From: Dehalococcoidia bacterium
GTDB taxonomy: Bacteria; Chloroflexota; Dehalococcoidia; Lucifugimonadales; JAGWBF01
DNA length: 64,000 bases
Direction: 5' to 3'
Assembly: GCA_034421095.1 (NCBI GenBank)
Contig: DAOUKR010000015.1
Coordinates: forward strand, 17,283 to 81,282
Shown: positions 36,466-46,068 of the stretch, one piece after another
Layout: the number at the start of each line of letters is the position of its first letter
Numbering within the stretch: position 1 is the first letter of the stretch
The notes under the pieces: model-generated
What the model saw: the letters and a program-made list of their open reading frames with translations, nothing else
Databases searched by the model: none
What the model was told of the DNA's origin: nothing
Position numbers and translations under genes: made by a program

Positions 36466-38991
36466 ATGAAGGATACGATGGATAAAAGTGTGAGACAGCT
36501 ACACCTCCCCGTGGAGGGTATGACCTGCGCCGCCTGTGTGTCCCACGTGGAGGGTGCGTTAAAGGGTGTGCCCGGCATATCCTCGGCACAGGTCAATCTG
36601 GCGACCGAGAAGGCCGCCGTAGAGGTGGACCCGGAGATTGTATCTCTTGAGGAGTTGGTCAAGGCCGTAGATGACGTGGGGTATGCCGTCACCGTGGAGA
36701 AGGCCAACCTGAACATAGGGGGTATGACCTGTGCCGCTTGCGTGTCCCACGTGGAGAACGCACTGAAAGAGGTGGACGGCGTCGTCGCGGTCAATGTGAA
36801 CCTGGCTACGGAGAAGGCATCGGTGGAGTACATACCGGGGGTGGCGTCGTTCCAGGGGTTCCGTGACGCCGTGGACGACGTGGGGTACACCGTCGAGGGC
36901 ATGGCCGAGGACGACTATGGCGAAAAGGATGAGTTGGAACGACTGGCCAGGGTCAAGGAGATTAGCGCCCTTCGCAACAAGCTTACCGTCTCCGCTGTTC
37001 TTGCAGTTGTCATCTTTCTGGGCAGCTTCCACTGGTTCCCCTGGGTGTCCGGCCTTATGGACCGGGCCTATTACCCATTTCTGCTGTGGGCGCTGGCAAC
37101 CCCGGTGCAGTTCTGGGCAGGCTGGGCCTTCTACGCCTCCGGCTTCGGTTCACTGAGACACCGGGTCGCCAACATGCACACCCTCATAGCCCTGGGGACT
37201 AGCGTTGCCTATGGGTACAGCGTGGCCGTCGTATTTTTCCGGACCCTGTCTCCGGAGACGTTGTCCGTCCGGGGCATAGAAAGCTCCGTATATTTTGACA
37301 CCTCGGCGATTATCATCACCCTCATACTTCTTGGACGCTTCCTTGAGGCCAGGGCAAAGGTGCAGACTTCCCAGGCCATCCGCCGCCTCATGGGGCTGAG
37401 ACCGAACACCGCCAGGGTGGTCCGCGACGGTCAGGAGGAGGATCTGCCGGTGGATAAGGTGTTGCCCGGCGACGTCATAGTGGTGCGCCCAGGCGAGAAG
37501 ATAGCCGTGGACGGGGAGGTGGTCGAGGGGTACTCTTCCATAGACGAGTCCATGCTCACCGGCGAGAGTATGCCAGTGGAGAAAGCCGAGGGTTCTCCAG
37601 TATATGGGGCCACCATAAACAAGACCGGCATGTTCCGGTTCCGCGCCACCAGGGTAGGGAAGGATACCCTCCTTTCCCAGATTATAGCCCTGGTTGAGGA
37701 TGCCCAAGGTTCCCGTGCTCCCATCCAGCGCCTGGCCGACGTGGTATCCGCCTATTTCGTGCCGTCAGTGCTGGGGATAGCGGGTGCGGCCTTCCTCTTC
37801 TGGCTGCTCCTGGGACCGGCGCCGGCGCTGACCTATGCCCTGCTGGTGATGGTAGCGGTGCTGATAATTGCCTGCCCCTGCGCACTGGGGCTGGCCACTC
37901 CCACGGCCATCATAGTGGGCATTGGGAAGGGGGCCGAGAGGGGGGTGCTTGTCAGGAGGGCTGAAACCCTTGAGATAGCCCACAAGGTCAACGTGGTCGT
38001 CCTGGACAAAACGGGGACCCTCACCGCAGGTCAGCCGTCGGTAACTGACCTCATCGCCGTCGTGGGCAGCGAAGATGAGCTTCTGAAGCTGGCGGCTTCC
38101 GTCGAGCGCGGCTCCGAGCATCCCCTGGGTGAGGCCATTGTGAGGGCCGCCCAGGACCGGGGAATAGCGCCGGATGATGTCAGAGACTTTGAGGCCATCC
38201 CCGGCCAGGGCATCCAGGCCCGAGTAAACGGCAACACCGTAGCCCTGGGGAATGCGGCCCTGATGGAGGCGAGAGGGCTGCACCTGGACGGCCTGGATTC
38301 CCTGGCGGTAGAGCTATCCAATCAGGGCAAGACCCCTGTATTTGTGGCCTCTGACGGGGTGGTCATAGGCGCCATTGCCGTGTCCGATACCCTGAAGCAG
38401 GAGGCAACGGAGGTTGTCTCCCGGCTCCACGGCATGGGCATGGAGGTCATCATGCTCACCGGCGACAGCCAGCGTACCGCCGAGGCCATAGCCGGCCGTC
38501 TGGCAGTAGACCGGGTTATCGCCCAGGTACTGCCCCGGAACAAGGCCGACGTGGTAAAGGAGCTTCAGAGTCAGGGCAACGTGGTGGCCATGGTGGGCGA
38601 CGGCATCAACGACGCCCCCGCCCTGGCTCAAGCAGACGTCGGCATAGCAATGGGCACAGGCACCGACGTGGCTATGGAATCGGCGGACATAACTCTCATG
38701 CGGGGCGACCTCAAAGGAATACTCACGGCCTTCGACCTTGGCAGGAGCACCATACGGACCATAAAGCAGAACCTGTTCTGGGCGTTCTTCTACAACACGG
38801 CCCTCATCCCCGTGGCTGCCGGAGTGCTCTACCCTCTGTTCCACAGTCTGGGGGGCGTCCCGTCCGGCTTGGGCTTCTTCTTTGGCGACCTGGGCTTTCT
38901 GAACCCTGTCTTGGCAGCCCTGGCTATGGCCTTCAGCTCGGTGACGGTGGTGAGCAACTCCCTCAGGCTGGGGCGGCTAAAGCTGGATTAG
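36466..38991 (+). CDS. copA: Copper-translocating P1B-type ATPase with two N-terminal HMA domains
   Basis: Two 'GMTCAACV' metal-binding domains, 'TGES', '[10 protein letters not shown]', 'DKTGTLT', 'GDGINDAP'. Confidence 0.95.
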   Translation: MKDTMDKSVRQLHLPVEGMTCAACVSHVEGALKGVPGISSAQVNLATEKAAVEVDPEIVSLEELVKAVDDVGYAVTVEKANLNIGGMTCAACVSHVENALKEVDGVVAVNVNLATEKASVEYIPGVASFQGFRDAVDDVGYTVEGMAEDDYGEKDELERLARVKEISALRNKLTVSAVLAVVIFLGSFHWFPWVSGLMDRAYYPFLLWALATPVQFWAGWAFYASGFGSLRHRVANMHTLIALGTSVAYGYSVAVVFFRTLSPETLSVRGIESSVYFDTSAIIITLILLGRFLEARAKVQTSQAIRRLMGLRPNTARVVRDGQEEDLPVDKVLPGDVIVVRPGEKIAVDGEVVEGYSSIDESMLTGESMPVEKAEGSPVYGATINKTGMFRFRATRVGKDTLLSQIIALVEDAQGSRAPIQRLADVVSAYFVPSVLGIAGAAFLFWLLLGPAPALTYALLVMVAVLIIACPCALGLATPTAIIVGIGKGAERGVLVRRAETLEIAHKVNVVVLDKTGTLTAGQPSVTDLIAVVGSEDELLKLAASVERGSEHPLGEAIVRAAQDRGIAPDDVRDFEAIPGQGIQARVNGNTVALGNAALMEARGLHLDGLDSLAVELSNQGKTPVFVASDGVVIGAIAVSDTLKQEATEVVSRLHGMGMEVIMLTGDSQRTAEAIAGRLAVDRVIAQVLPRNKADVVKELQSQGNVVAMVGDGINDAPALAQADVGIAMGTGTDVAMESADITLMRGDLKGILTAFDLGRSTIRTIKQNLFWAFFYNTALIPVAAGVLYPLFHSLGGVPSGLGFFFGDLGFLNPVLAALAMAFSSVTVVSNSLRLGRLKLD

Positions 38992-39030
38992 GCCATATAC
39001 AGTTGCAAGCAAAATCAGGAGGTGTCCCTC

Positions 39031-39183
39031 ATGGCTATAGACCCGATATGTTTTATGGAAGTAGACATACAGAATCCCCCCGGCGGCAAGACCGAGTATA
39101 AAGGTGAGACCTACTATTTCTGTGCCCCCGGGTGCAAGCGGCTCTTCGAGAGGGACCCGGAGAAGTATCTGGGCAAGAGCTAG
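39031..39183 (+). CDS. YHS/TRASH-domain mini-protein (50 aa), absent from the ORF track because it is under 60 aa
   Basis: 'DPICFMEV...[25 protein letters not shown]'. ATG follows AGGAGG at the correct spacing. Confidence 0.7.
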   Translation: MAIDPICFMEVDIQNPPGGKTEYKGETYYFCAPGCKRLFERDPEKYLGKS

Positions 39184-39262
39184 ACCGCTCCTGCGCTATC
39201 TCATATACTAGAGTAGTCCTCCCTAGGGTCATTCCCGTAAGTCCCTAGTAGGCTCGCAGGAG

Positions 39263-40003
39263 ATGATAATGGCTAGAAACACTGTGACCTTTGCTCTGGG
39301 TGGGCGAGTTGAAATTCAAAAGCTAAACAAGGGAATCAGTGTGCTTTCTCGGCTTATCACTGCCCTCACACATCCGTCGGATGTAGTCTGGGTTGTGGAA
39401 GACCTGCAGCCTGGTAGCGCTGTGGCAACTCTCCGTGGCGAAGCTGACGACCCTGAGAAAATAGAGCGCATAGTTGACGATTATGGAAATATCGGCGGTC
39501 TGCTGGAACGTCAGGAAAGCCTACAGTACGGTAGAAGGATTGTCCAAGCCGCCAATGCAATCAGAGAGTTGGCGCAAACCGTTGAATACGTGCGGCTTGA
39601 AACTCCGGATGACGATTACACGATTTATGGTAATGGACGAGCCAGGGAGAGAAGTCTAACCAAAAGTGTAGGGGCAATTACCGGCAGGGTACAGACTTTG
39701 AGCAACAGGGGCGGTTTGAGATTCAACTTGTATGATACCGTGCACGACCGGGCAGTTGGATGTTATCTGGAGCGGGGCCAAGAAGAACTTATGCGTGAGG
39801 CGTGGGGGCGACGGGCCCGTGTCAGTGGCAGGGTATCGCGAGAACTGGCAAATGGCCGGCCCGTAGTAATCCGACAGATACTCGCCGTGGAAGTGCTTGA
39901 AGACATTGCTCCAGGGTCGTATCGCCGTGCTAGAGGGGCCGTTCCGTGGAACGTTGGAGACAAGATGCCTGAAGAAGTCATACGTCAGTTGAGAGATGCC
40001 TAG
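39263..40003 (+). CDS. Hypothetical 244-246-aa protein, candidate partner/antitoxin of the downstream PIN protein
   Basis: ATG 39269 follows GCAGGAG. The stop overlaps the PIN start by 8 nt (ATGCCTAG). The second half looks OB-fold-like ('ITGRVQTLSNRGGLRFNLYD...VSGRVSRE...'). No known motif. Confidence 0.5.
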   Translation: MIMARNTVTFALGGRVEIQKLNKGISVLSRLITALTHPSDVVWVVEDLQPGSAVATLRGEADDPEKIERIVDDYGNIGGLLERQESLQYGRRIVQAANAIRELAQTVEYVRLETPDDDYTIYGNGRARERSLTKSVGAITGRVQTLSNRGGLRFNLYDTVHDRAVGCYLERGQEELMREAWGRRARVSGRVSRELANGRPVVIRQILAVEVLEDIAPGSYRRARGAVPWNVGDKMPEEVIRQLRDA

Positions 40004-40493
40004 TCGACGCAAGGTAATTTATTGGGATGCGTGCTGCTGTCTTTCGTACATCAATGAGATAGCGGACCGCTTACCGATTCTGGACGCATTATTGGGAGAT
40101 AGCGCCGGCGAAAGCGGAGGCATTCGGCTTTACACTTCTGCACTCTCGAAGGTGGAAGTGTCATTCTCGGTGACGGAACAGAAGAAACAAGCTCTCGACA
40201 CCGAGACAGAGGGGCGCATCGAAAGCCTCTGGTCTGACCCTGATGCCTTGATCACCGTGGAGTATCATGATGGAATTGGACAGAATGCCAGAGGTTTGAT
40301 TCGGACCGCCATTACACGAGGTTGGAGCTTGAAGCCCCTTGACGCTATACACTTGGCTACGGCTCAATGGCTGTCAGGCCTTGGGCTTGAGGTTGACGAG
40401 TTCCACACGTACGATGACCGTCTCTTCAGGTGGGCCCCAATCGTAGGTTTCAAAATCCTTGTACCATATACACCCCAACCCCAACTGCTTTAG
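39996..40493 (+). CDS. PIN-domain protein (VapC-like toxin)
   Basis: Acidic PIN positions 'VIYWDACC', 'SKVEVSF', 'LDAIHLATA', 'HTYDDRL'. Confidence 0.75.
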   Translation: MPSRRKVIYWDACCCLSYINEIADRLPILDALLGDSAGESGGIRLYTSALSKVEVSFSVTEQKKQALDTETEGRIESLWSDPDALITVEYHDGIGQNARGLIRTAITRGWSLKPLDAIHLATAQWLSGLGLEVDEFHTYDDRLFRWAPIVGFKILVPYTPQPQLL

Positions 40494-40537
40494 ATTTGAT
40501 TCCAATTTTGGCAATGACTGGTCCCGTAGCTGTTTTC

Positions 40538-40625
40538 TGGCGGAGGGGGTGGGATTCGAACCCACGAACCCCGGAGGGTTAACGGTTTTCAAGACCGCCG
40601 CCATCGTCCACTCGGCCACCCCTCC
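40538..40625 (-). tRNA. tRNA-Ser (UGA)
   Basis: GGAGGGGTGGCCGAGTGG..., anticodon loop CTTGAAA, long variable arm, TTCGAAT T-loop, CCA encoded. Parallels E. coli tRNA-Ser(UGA). Confidence 0.9.
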
Positions 40626-40633
40626 ACACCATT

Positions 40634-40662
40634 ATCCTAGCTTCCCGCGTGGCGAGTTGCAA
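40634..40662 (-). promoter_or_regulatory. Sigma70-like promoter candidate for tRNA-Ser
   Basis: Minus strand TTGCAA - 17 nt - TAGGAT, ending 8 nt upstream of the tRNA 5' end. Confidence 0.4.
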
Positions 40663-40676
40663 GTGGCCACACTAGA

Positions 40677-41441
40677 CTAGACACCGTTCATCATGCCGTC
40701 CACAATCTCTATGGTGCGGCTACTCATGCCGGACAGGGTCACGTCATGGGTGGCTACAATCACGGTGACTTGCTGATTCAGAGAGACGTCGCGCAGTATG
40801 GTGGCAATGGACATGGCCGTGGCGGTGTCTAGCTCGCCGGTAGGCTCGTCGGCGAATACCACGTCGGGGTCGGTGACCAGGGCGCGGGCAATAGCTACTC
40901 GCTGCTGCTCGCCTCCCGAAAGCTCATAGGGCCGGTGCTTCGACCGAGACCCCAGTCCTACTATCTCAAGGGTGTCAAGTGCCCGCCTGCGACGCTCTCT
41001 CCATCCGGTCCCTCTGATATGCAGGGGTAGCTCCACGTTCTCGTGGGCCGAGAGAAGGGGCATAAGACCAAAGGACTGGAAGACAAAACCTATCTTGCTC
41101 CGGCGCAACTCCACTAGGTCGGTCTCGGAGAGGGCAGCCAGGTCGCTACCTTGGAATACTACGCTGCCGGACGTGGGCCTGTCCAGGCCGGCCATCAGGT
41201 TCAGCAGGGTGGTCTTGCCCGAACCAGATCGCCCGGTGATTGCCAGAAACTCGCCCGAATGGACATCCAGTGTGACACCTTTCACCGCGGTAACGGCCAT
41301 CTCTCCGGCTCCAAAGGCCCTCGTAAGGTCATGGGTGGAGATGACAGGCGGCGAACCGGAGCTTGCCGGCGATGGGGCTACTCCGCCGGCTGGGGATACC
41401 AGTTGTCCCAATCTTCGTCGGGGAGTGTGGGGTCCTCTCAT
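40677..41441 (-). CDS. ABC transporter ATP-binding protein (MacB/LolD type)
   Basis: Walker A 'GRSGSGKTT', signature 'LSGGEQQRV', Walker B 'VFADEPTG'. ATGA overlap with the upstream ATPase gene. Confidence 0.9.
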   Translation of the reverse strand: MRGPHTPRRRLGQLVSPAGGVAPSPASSGSPPVISTHDLTRAFGAGEMAVTAVKGVTLDVHSGEFLAITGRSGSGKTTLLNLMAGLDRPTSGSVVFQGSDLAALSETDLVELRRSKIGFVFQSFGLMPLLSAHENVELPLHIRGTGWRERRRRALDTLEIVGLGSRSKHRPYELSGGEQQRVAIARALVTDPDVVFADEPTGELDTATAMSIATILRDVSLNQQVTVIVATHDVTLSGMSSRTIEIVDGMMNGV

Positions 41442-42463
41442 TGCTCCTCCTCGTCCTGGCCCGGAGCTTGACCCGCCTCCTGGGCAGTCCGGTCGTCTGT
41501 GCTCACGGAGTCGGGTTGACCTGATTGAGGGCCTTCCGTAACCGGTTTTATAGTTACCTGCTCGCCGTCCATATTTGCCGTTGCCAGCCCCTGAAGCTGG
41601 AGCTTGTCAACATAGTCGGTGGGCAGCTGGAGACGGCCCACGCGGTCCACCACCAGGTATTCGCGGTGAGTGGCCTCACCGGACCGGTCGAAGGTGGGCC
41701 GCAGGAAGCTCTCTGAGCTGATGCGTCCGTCTCGGATGTGAAGCACCCTGTCCACTGAATGGGCCACCCCGGGGTAGTGGGTGACTACCACTATGGTAAC
41801 GTTATAGGTGCGGTTCATGTAGCGCAGTAGCTCGAAGACCTGGTCTGCCATCTGATTGTCCAACTCGCCAGTAGGTTCATCGGCCAGAAGCAACGGCGGG
41901 CGGTTGGACATGGCCGTAGCTATGGCCACTCTCTGCTGCTCGCCTCCTGAGAGTTCATGGGGGAGCCTGCCGGCCTTGTCTTTCATGCCCAGTGCATCCA
42001 ACAACTCCATGCTCCAGGCGCGCCGTGGGCCTACTTCCATCCCCGCGATTGCCATGGGCAACTCTATGTTTTCCTGGACGCTGAGATATGGCACAAGGTT
42101 CCGAGCCGTAGCCTGCCACACGAATCCTACGTCCGTTCTGCGATAGTGGACCAGTTCTCGGTCCGAGATGTTCAGAAGGTCCCTGGTGCCCACCCGGACC
42201 TGCCCCGCTGAAGGACGGTCCAGACCTGACAGTATGTTGAGCAACGTGCTTTTGCCGCTGCCGCTGGTTCCGACAATGGCGATTAGCTCACCTGCCTCCA
42301 CCTCTAGGTCAACGCCCCGCAGGGCTACCACTTCCAGGTCTGCCCGCTTGAAAATCTTGAACAGGTCTTGACACTCGATGTAGAGCGGGTCCGAATGCCC
42401 CCTACGAGACCCACTCAGGCGGCGGTCCTCGGATGTCTGACCGGAGCTTTGCGTTACTCTCAA
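41438..42463 (-). CDS. ABC transporter ATP-binding protein with ~110-aa C-terminal extension
   Basis: Walker A 'GTSGSGKST', 'LSGGEQQRV', 'LLLADEPTG', then an acidic/low-complexity tail. TTG start. Confidence 0.85.
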   Translation of the reverse strand: MRVTQSSGQTSEDRRLSGSRRGHSDPLYIECQDLFKIFKRADLEVVALRGVDLEVEAGELIAIVGTSGSGKSTLLNILSGLDRPSAGQVRVGTRDLLNISDRELVHYRRTDVGFVWQATARNLVPYLSVQENIELPMAIAGMEVGPRRAWSMELLDALGMKDKAGRLPHELSGGEQQRVAIATAMSNRPPLLLADEPTGELDNQMADQVFELLRYMNRTYNVTIVVVTHYPGVAHSVDRVLHIRDGRISSESFLRPTFDRSGEATHREYLVVDRVGRLQLPTDYVDKLQLQGLATANMDGEQVTIKPVTEGPQSGQPDSVSTDDRTAQEAGQAPGQDEEEQ

Positions 42464-42508
42464 GGTATACCCCTTAAAAAAGCTGACTAAGAGACACTGA
42501 TTTCACCC

Positions 42509-45500
42509 TTACTCCCCAATACGGAGGATGCGCTGCACCTCCAGCTTTGAAGTGAGCCAGACCAGCCACCCTATTGTGCCGATAGTGACGCTGCCAAGTA
42601 TCAAGTACGATATTAGAAGTGCCCCCCAGTCCCTCTCAAATACCATGGGCGGGGTGACGCGGACTCCTCCCTCAGCCACCTCCATGACCGGTAGAAGGCT
42701 GTTGCCTATCATCTGGCCCACCCACGTGCCGAGGGCAATGCCGCAAGCTACCACCAGTGCAAGGTTGAACCACACGACGCCGTTGAGTTGCCCTCTGGAA
42801 AACCCCAGAGTCCTCAGGAGGGCGAACTCGGTCTGTCTGTCCCGTAAGTCGGTGTAGGAAAATAGCATCACTCCTGAAGCGCTGGCCAACACCAACGTGA
42901 GGAACATCAGCACCAGAAGCCCACTCCATCCGGCACTGACCAGAGGCCGCTGCACCCGTTGCGCCACTATATCCGAAGCCAGAGTGGACTCCACGATCCT
43001 TATGCCTCGACTGGTAATAGCATTAGCGACGTCGGCCGAGACACGGTCAAGTTCGCCGTCGCTGAGGGAGCTATCCAGGCCGGCCCATAGCTCGTTGCTT
43101 CCCCCGATCAGTCTCTGGTCGTGCATGTTCGAGTAATGAGTATAGGCCTTCAAGTCCAGGACCAGGAAAGGCTCCCGGCGGGGGTCAAGGGTAGGGAAAT
43201 AGTCGGTCACTGCAACAACGCGAATGGGCAAGGTCGTAGAAGAGATGCTTATGTTCAGGGTATCGCCCACCTCCGCCCCGGCTAAATCCAGTATCTCCGA
43301 GCTCACCAGTGCCGGTATGGGTGTCTCCGAGCCGCCCGCCCTGATTCCCCTCAGAGCGAAGCTCCCGGGTGCCCAGCTAAAGGCCGCAGACCTGTCGGCT
43401 CCGTCCAGGACGACAGACTCGCTGGACTCCCAAGCATACAGACCCGGCTTTGAATAGTCCTCTATTGCGTGCCACCCCTCAAGGGTCTGAAAATCGGAAA
43501 GCACCTTCTCTCCGGTTGGGGTGACTGCCGCTACTCCCCCCCAAAACAGGACTCCCGGCTCCGCAAAGCCGGCCCCCCTGGCAGCGACCTGAAGGGCGAG
43601 AAGCGTAAAGGGAGGCGTGACCTCTGGCAGAGGTATTGGCCTACCCCCTGAGAACCGCCTGCCCGACGTGGGCAAAGGAGTAATCTCGGCCTCCAAGCGC
43701 CGCCAGCCACTGAAGCCCAGACCCCCAATGGGCATGTCAAAGTAGAACCCCTGGGAGTCCTGTAACCTCGCCAGAAGCTGCGAGTTGAAGTCCGGCCTGC
43801 CGGGACGGACCCACAAGGACAGTGCCCTGGTATCCTGGGGCAGCGCTATGCCATCGCTATGGCCATTCATGGTGATGGACGGGCCGGGGGCGATGTCCCT
43901 CATAAGCCCTTCAAGGGATTTCCCGTTGGCGAAATCGGGGCGATGCCATGCTACGTCCTCGAAGTCCTCCGTGTCCACTGCCAGGATGGATATGGTTTCC
44001 GTAGAAAACCCGGCGTTCAACAGGCTGCCTCGGACGCGGTTCACCTCCACCGCCGTATCAATCCCGTCCGCCTCCTCCGCCAGGTCCGAGAGGCCCAGCA
44101 GAGGCACAGGTGTCCTGTCTCCGTTGTGTTCGATACGCAGGCCCGAACCCGCCGTGTACAAGGCGCGGTCTCTCTGGCTGCGCTCAAGGGTGGAACTGAA
44201 GGCGCTCCCTATAACCCCCAGAGCCGTTGCTACCATCAGCAGCACCACCAGGATGCCGGGTACGATAGGGTCTCTGGAAACGCGCCTGAGACCCTGCATC
44301 AGCCATGCCGGCCCCAGGCCCTCCGAGACACGGGCCAGAATAGCCACGACCCAGGGAAAGACCCGCAGCACCAGAAGCCCCAGGGCCAGGAGCAGGAGGA
44401 CGGGGCCTATCAGAAGGGAGTAATCAATCTCAAGCTCGCCGGTCCCAAGGGAGCGCACCAGAAAAGAGCCGCGACTCTGAATTTGCCACCATACCAGCCC
44501 TATGAGCACCAGCAACAGGAGGTCCAGATAGTAGCGATGGATTAGGGGCGCTCCGGACGGTCTGGCCCCCGACTGGCGGAACTCCACTATCCCATGTCGG
44601 GCGGCCAGAAGGGTTGAGATGGTGAGCACGGCTACTGCCAGGAACGCCCCTCCCAGCCCCATAAGGAAAGCCTCAAAGGACAGGACTATTGGTACGGATT
44701 CGACACCCGTGCCGGCGTTGAAGAAGACCTGCCCCAGAGCCTTGGATACCCCCAACGCCAGGAGTGGACCCAGGAATATGGCCGGGACCGTCAGCAGCAA
44801 ACCCTCCACCAGTGCCAGCAACCCTATCTGTACGGTGGTGGCCCCTCGGCTCTTCAGCATGGATATTTCGGTGGCCCGTGACTTGACGATGAGTCCCGTC
44901 ACCAGGGCCAGGTAGTAAATGAGTATGGCGGTAACCAGAAAGACCATCAGGAAGAGGGGGATGCGTGCCAGAAGTATCTGTTCTTCATAGTCATCCAGGA
45001 CGGTGTCCAGCCTGATGGAGGGGTCGGAATTGGCGAGGTTCGAGAGTACGTCGAACTCCACCTGGCGGATGATGTTCTGGAGGGTGTTCACGTCTCCCGC
45101 TCGCAGGCCGTGGCGGTCCAGGTAAAAGAACCAGGTGACGTCGGTGTACAACCCCGGATATGCCGCCCCCACCAGGTCAAGGATGGCGTCTTCGGACGTG
45201 AACATGGGGACGGTAGTCCACTCCCCGTTATGAAAGCTGAAGGCACGGTCCGAATCGTACCAGAACTCGTCCTTGGTGTCGGTACGACCGAAGACGCCCA
45301 CGATTCTCACCGTCATCGGCACCGGGTCCGCGTCACCGGCTGCGGGGAGAACGTACATCTCGTCGCCCACGTCAAGCTCCAGCCATTGCGCTCCCCGGTC
45401 GTCTATGGCAACCTCCAGAGGCTCATCCGGCTCAGCCGTGCCGATGCTCCGAGTTGTGTAGGGCCAGTGACCACGCAGCACTTCAACGCGGGTCTCCGTC

Positions 45501-45946
45501 CCATAGGAGTCGGGCACAAGCCCGGTCATGTACTGAATCTTACCCCGGGGACGTATTGTGTTATCCAGTTCCAGCCGGGGTGCGCCCTCAAAGAAGAAGG
45601 TGGAAGTCTGGAAAATGTGTGAGCGGTCTTCCAGGTAAGGCTCAAAGCGCTCATACACCCGCCTGTCCACGAAGTCCAGTCCGGCCTGGTATACGGAAAA
45701 TCGCCTTGAGACTGCCGAAGGATTGTCGAGGTCGTTGAACACGTCTACCGATATGTTGGCTTCCTCCGGGGTTGCATCGTTCAGGGCACGGCGTAGCGCG
45801 GCCTCCTCCAGTAGCTTGGAGAAGACCACACCGCTGGACATGAGAGCCACTGCCAGTACCACCCCCAAGAACAGGGCCGTTTCCAGCCTCCAGTTGGAGA
45901 TGGTGCGGCGTACGGCGATAATATAGGCCAGTCGCAGAAGGGGCAT
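42509..45946 (-). CDS. Giant FtsX-family ABC permease (1145 aa)
   Basis: N-terminal TM helix, large soluble region, a mid-protein TM bundle ('MLKSRGATT' FtsX-like motif) and a C-terminal TM bundle ('LLRTLGFSRGQL'). Confidence 0.85.
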   Translation of the reverse strand: MPLLRLAYIIAVRRTISNWRLETALFLGVVLAVALMSSGVVFSKLLEEAALRRALNDATPEEANISVDVFNDLDNPSAVSRRFSVYQAGLDFVDRRVYERFEPYLEDRSHIFQTSTFFFEGAPRLELDNTIRPRGKIQYMTGLVPDSYGTETRVEVLRGHWPYTTRSIGTAEPDEPLEVAIDDRGAQWLELDVGDEMYVLPAAGDADPVPMTVRIVGVFGRTDTKDEFWYDSDRAFSFHNGEWTTVPMFTSEDAILDLVGAAYPGLYTDVTWFFYLDRHGLRAGDVNTLQNIIRQVEFDVLSNLANSDPSIRLDTVLDDYEEQILLARIPLFLMVFLVTAILIYYLALVTGLIVKSRATEISMLKSRGATTVQIGLLALVEGLLLTVPAIFLGPLLALGVSKALGQVFFNAGTGVESVPIVLSFEAFLMGLGGAFLAVAVLTISTLLAARHGIVEFRQSGARPSGAPLIHRYYLDLLLLVLIGLVWWQIQSRGSFLVRSLGTGELEIDYSLLIGPVLLLLALGLLVLRVFPWVVAILARVSEGLGPAWLMQGLRRVSRDPIVPGILVVLLMVATALGVIGSAFSSTLERSQRDRALYTAGSGLRIEHNGDRTPVPLLGLSDLAEEADGIDTAVEVNRVRGSLLNAGFSTETISILAVDTEDFEDVAWHRPDFANGKSLEGLMRDIAPGPSITMNGHSDGIALPQDTRALSLWVRPGRPDFNSQLLARLQDSQGFYFDMPIGGLGFSGWRRLEAEITPLPTSGRRFSGGRPIPLPEVTPPFTLLALQVAARGAGFAEPGVLFWGGVAAVTPTGEKVLSDFQTLEGWHAIEDYSKPGLYAWESSESVVLDGADRSAAFSWAPGSFALRGIRAGGSETPIPALVSSEILDLAGAEVGDTLNISISSTTLPIRVVAVTDYFPTLDPRREPFLVLDLKAYTHYSNMHDQRLIGGSNELWAGLDSSLSDGELDRVSADVANAITSRGIRIVESTLASDIVAQRVQRPLVSAGWSGLLVLMFLTLVLASASGVMLFSYTDLRDRQTEFALLRTLGFSRGQLNGVVWFNLALVVACGIALGTWVGQMIGNSLLPVMEVAEGGVRVTPPMVFERDWGALLISYLILGSVTIGTIGWLVWLTSKLEVQRILRIGE

Positions 45947-46068
45947 CTTACCCTATCCCCTTAGTTACTGACTGATGGGTGAATAAACATCTAAATCAGC
46001 CTCAACTGGCATTGCCGCTTTCGCGGGGGTGACGATTGCGTAGTAGCCAGTTGCTCACACATCAGTGA

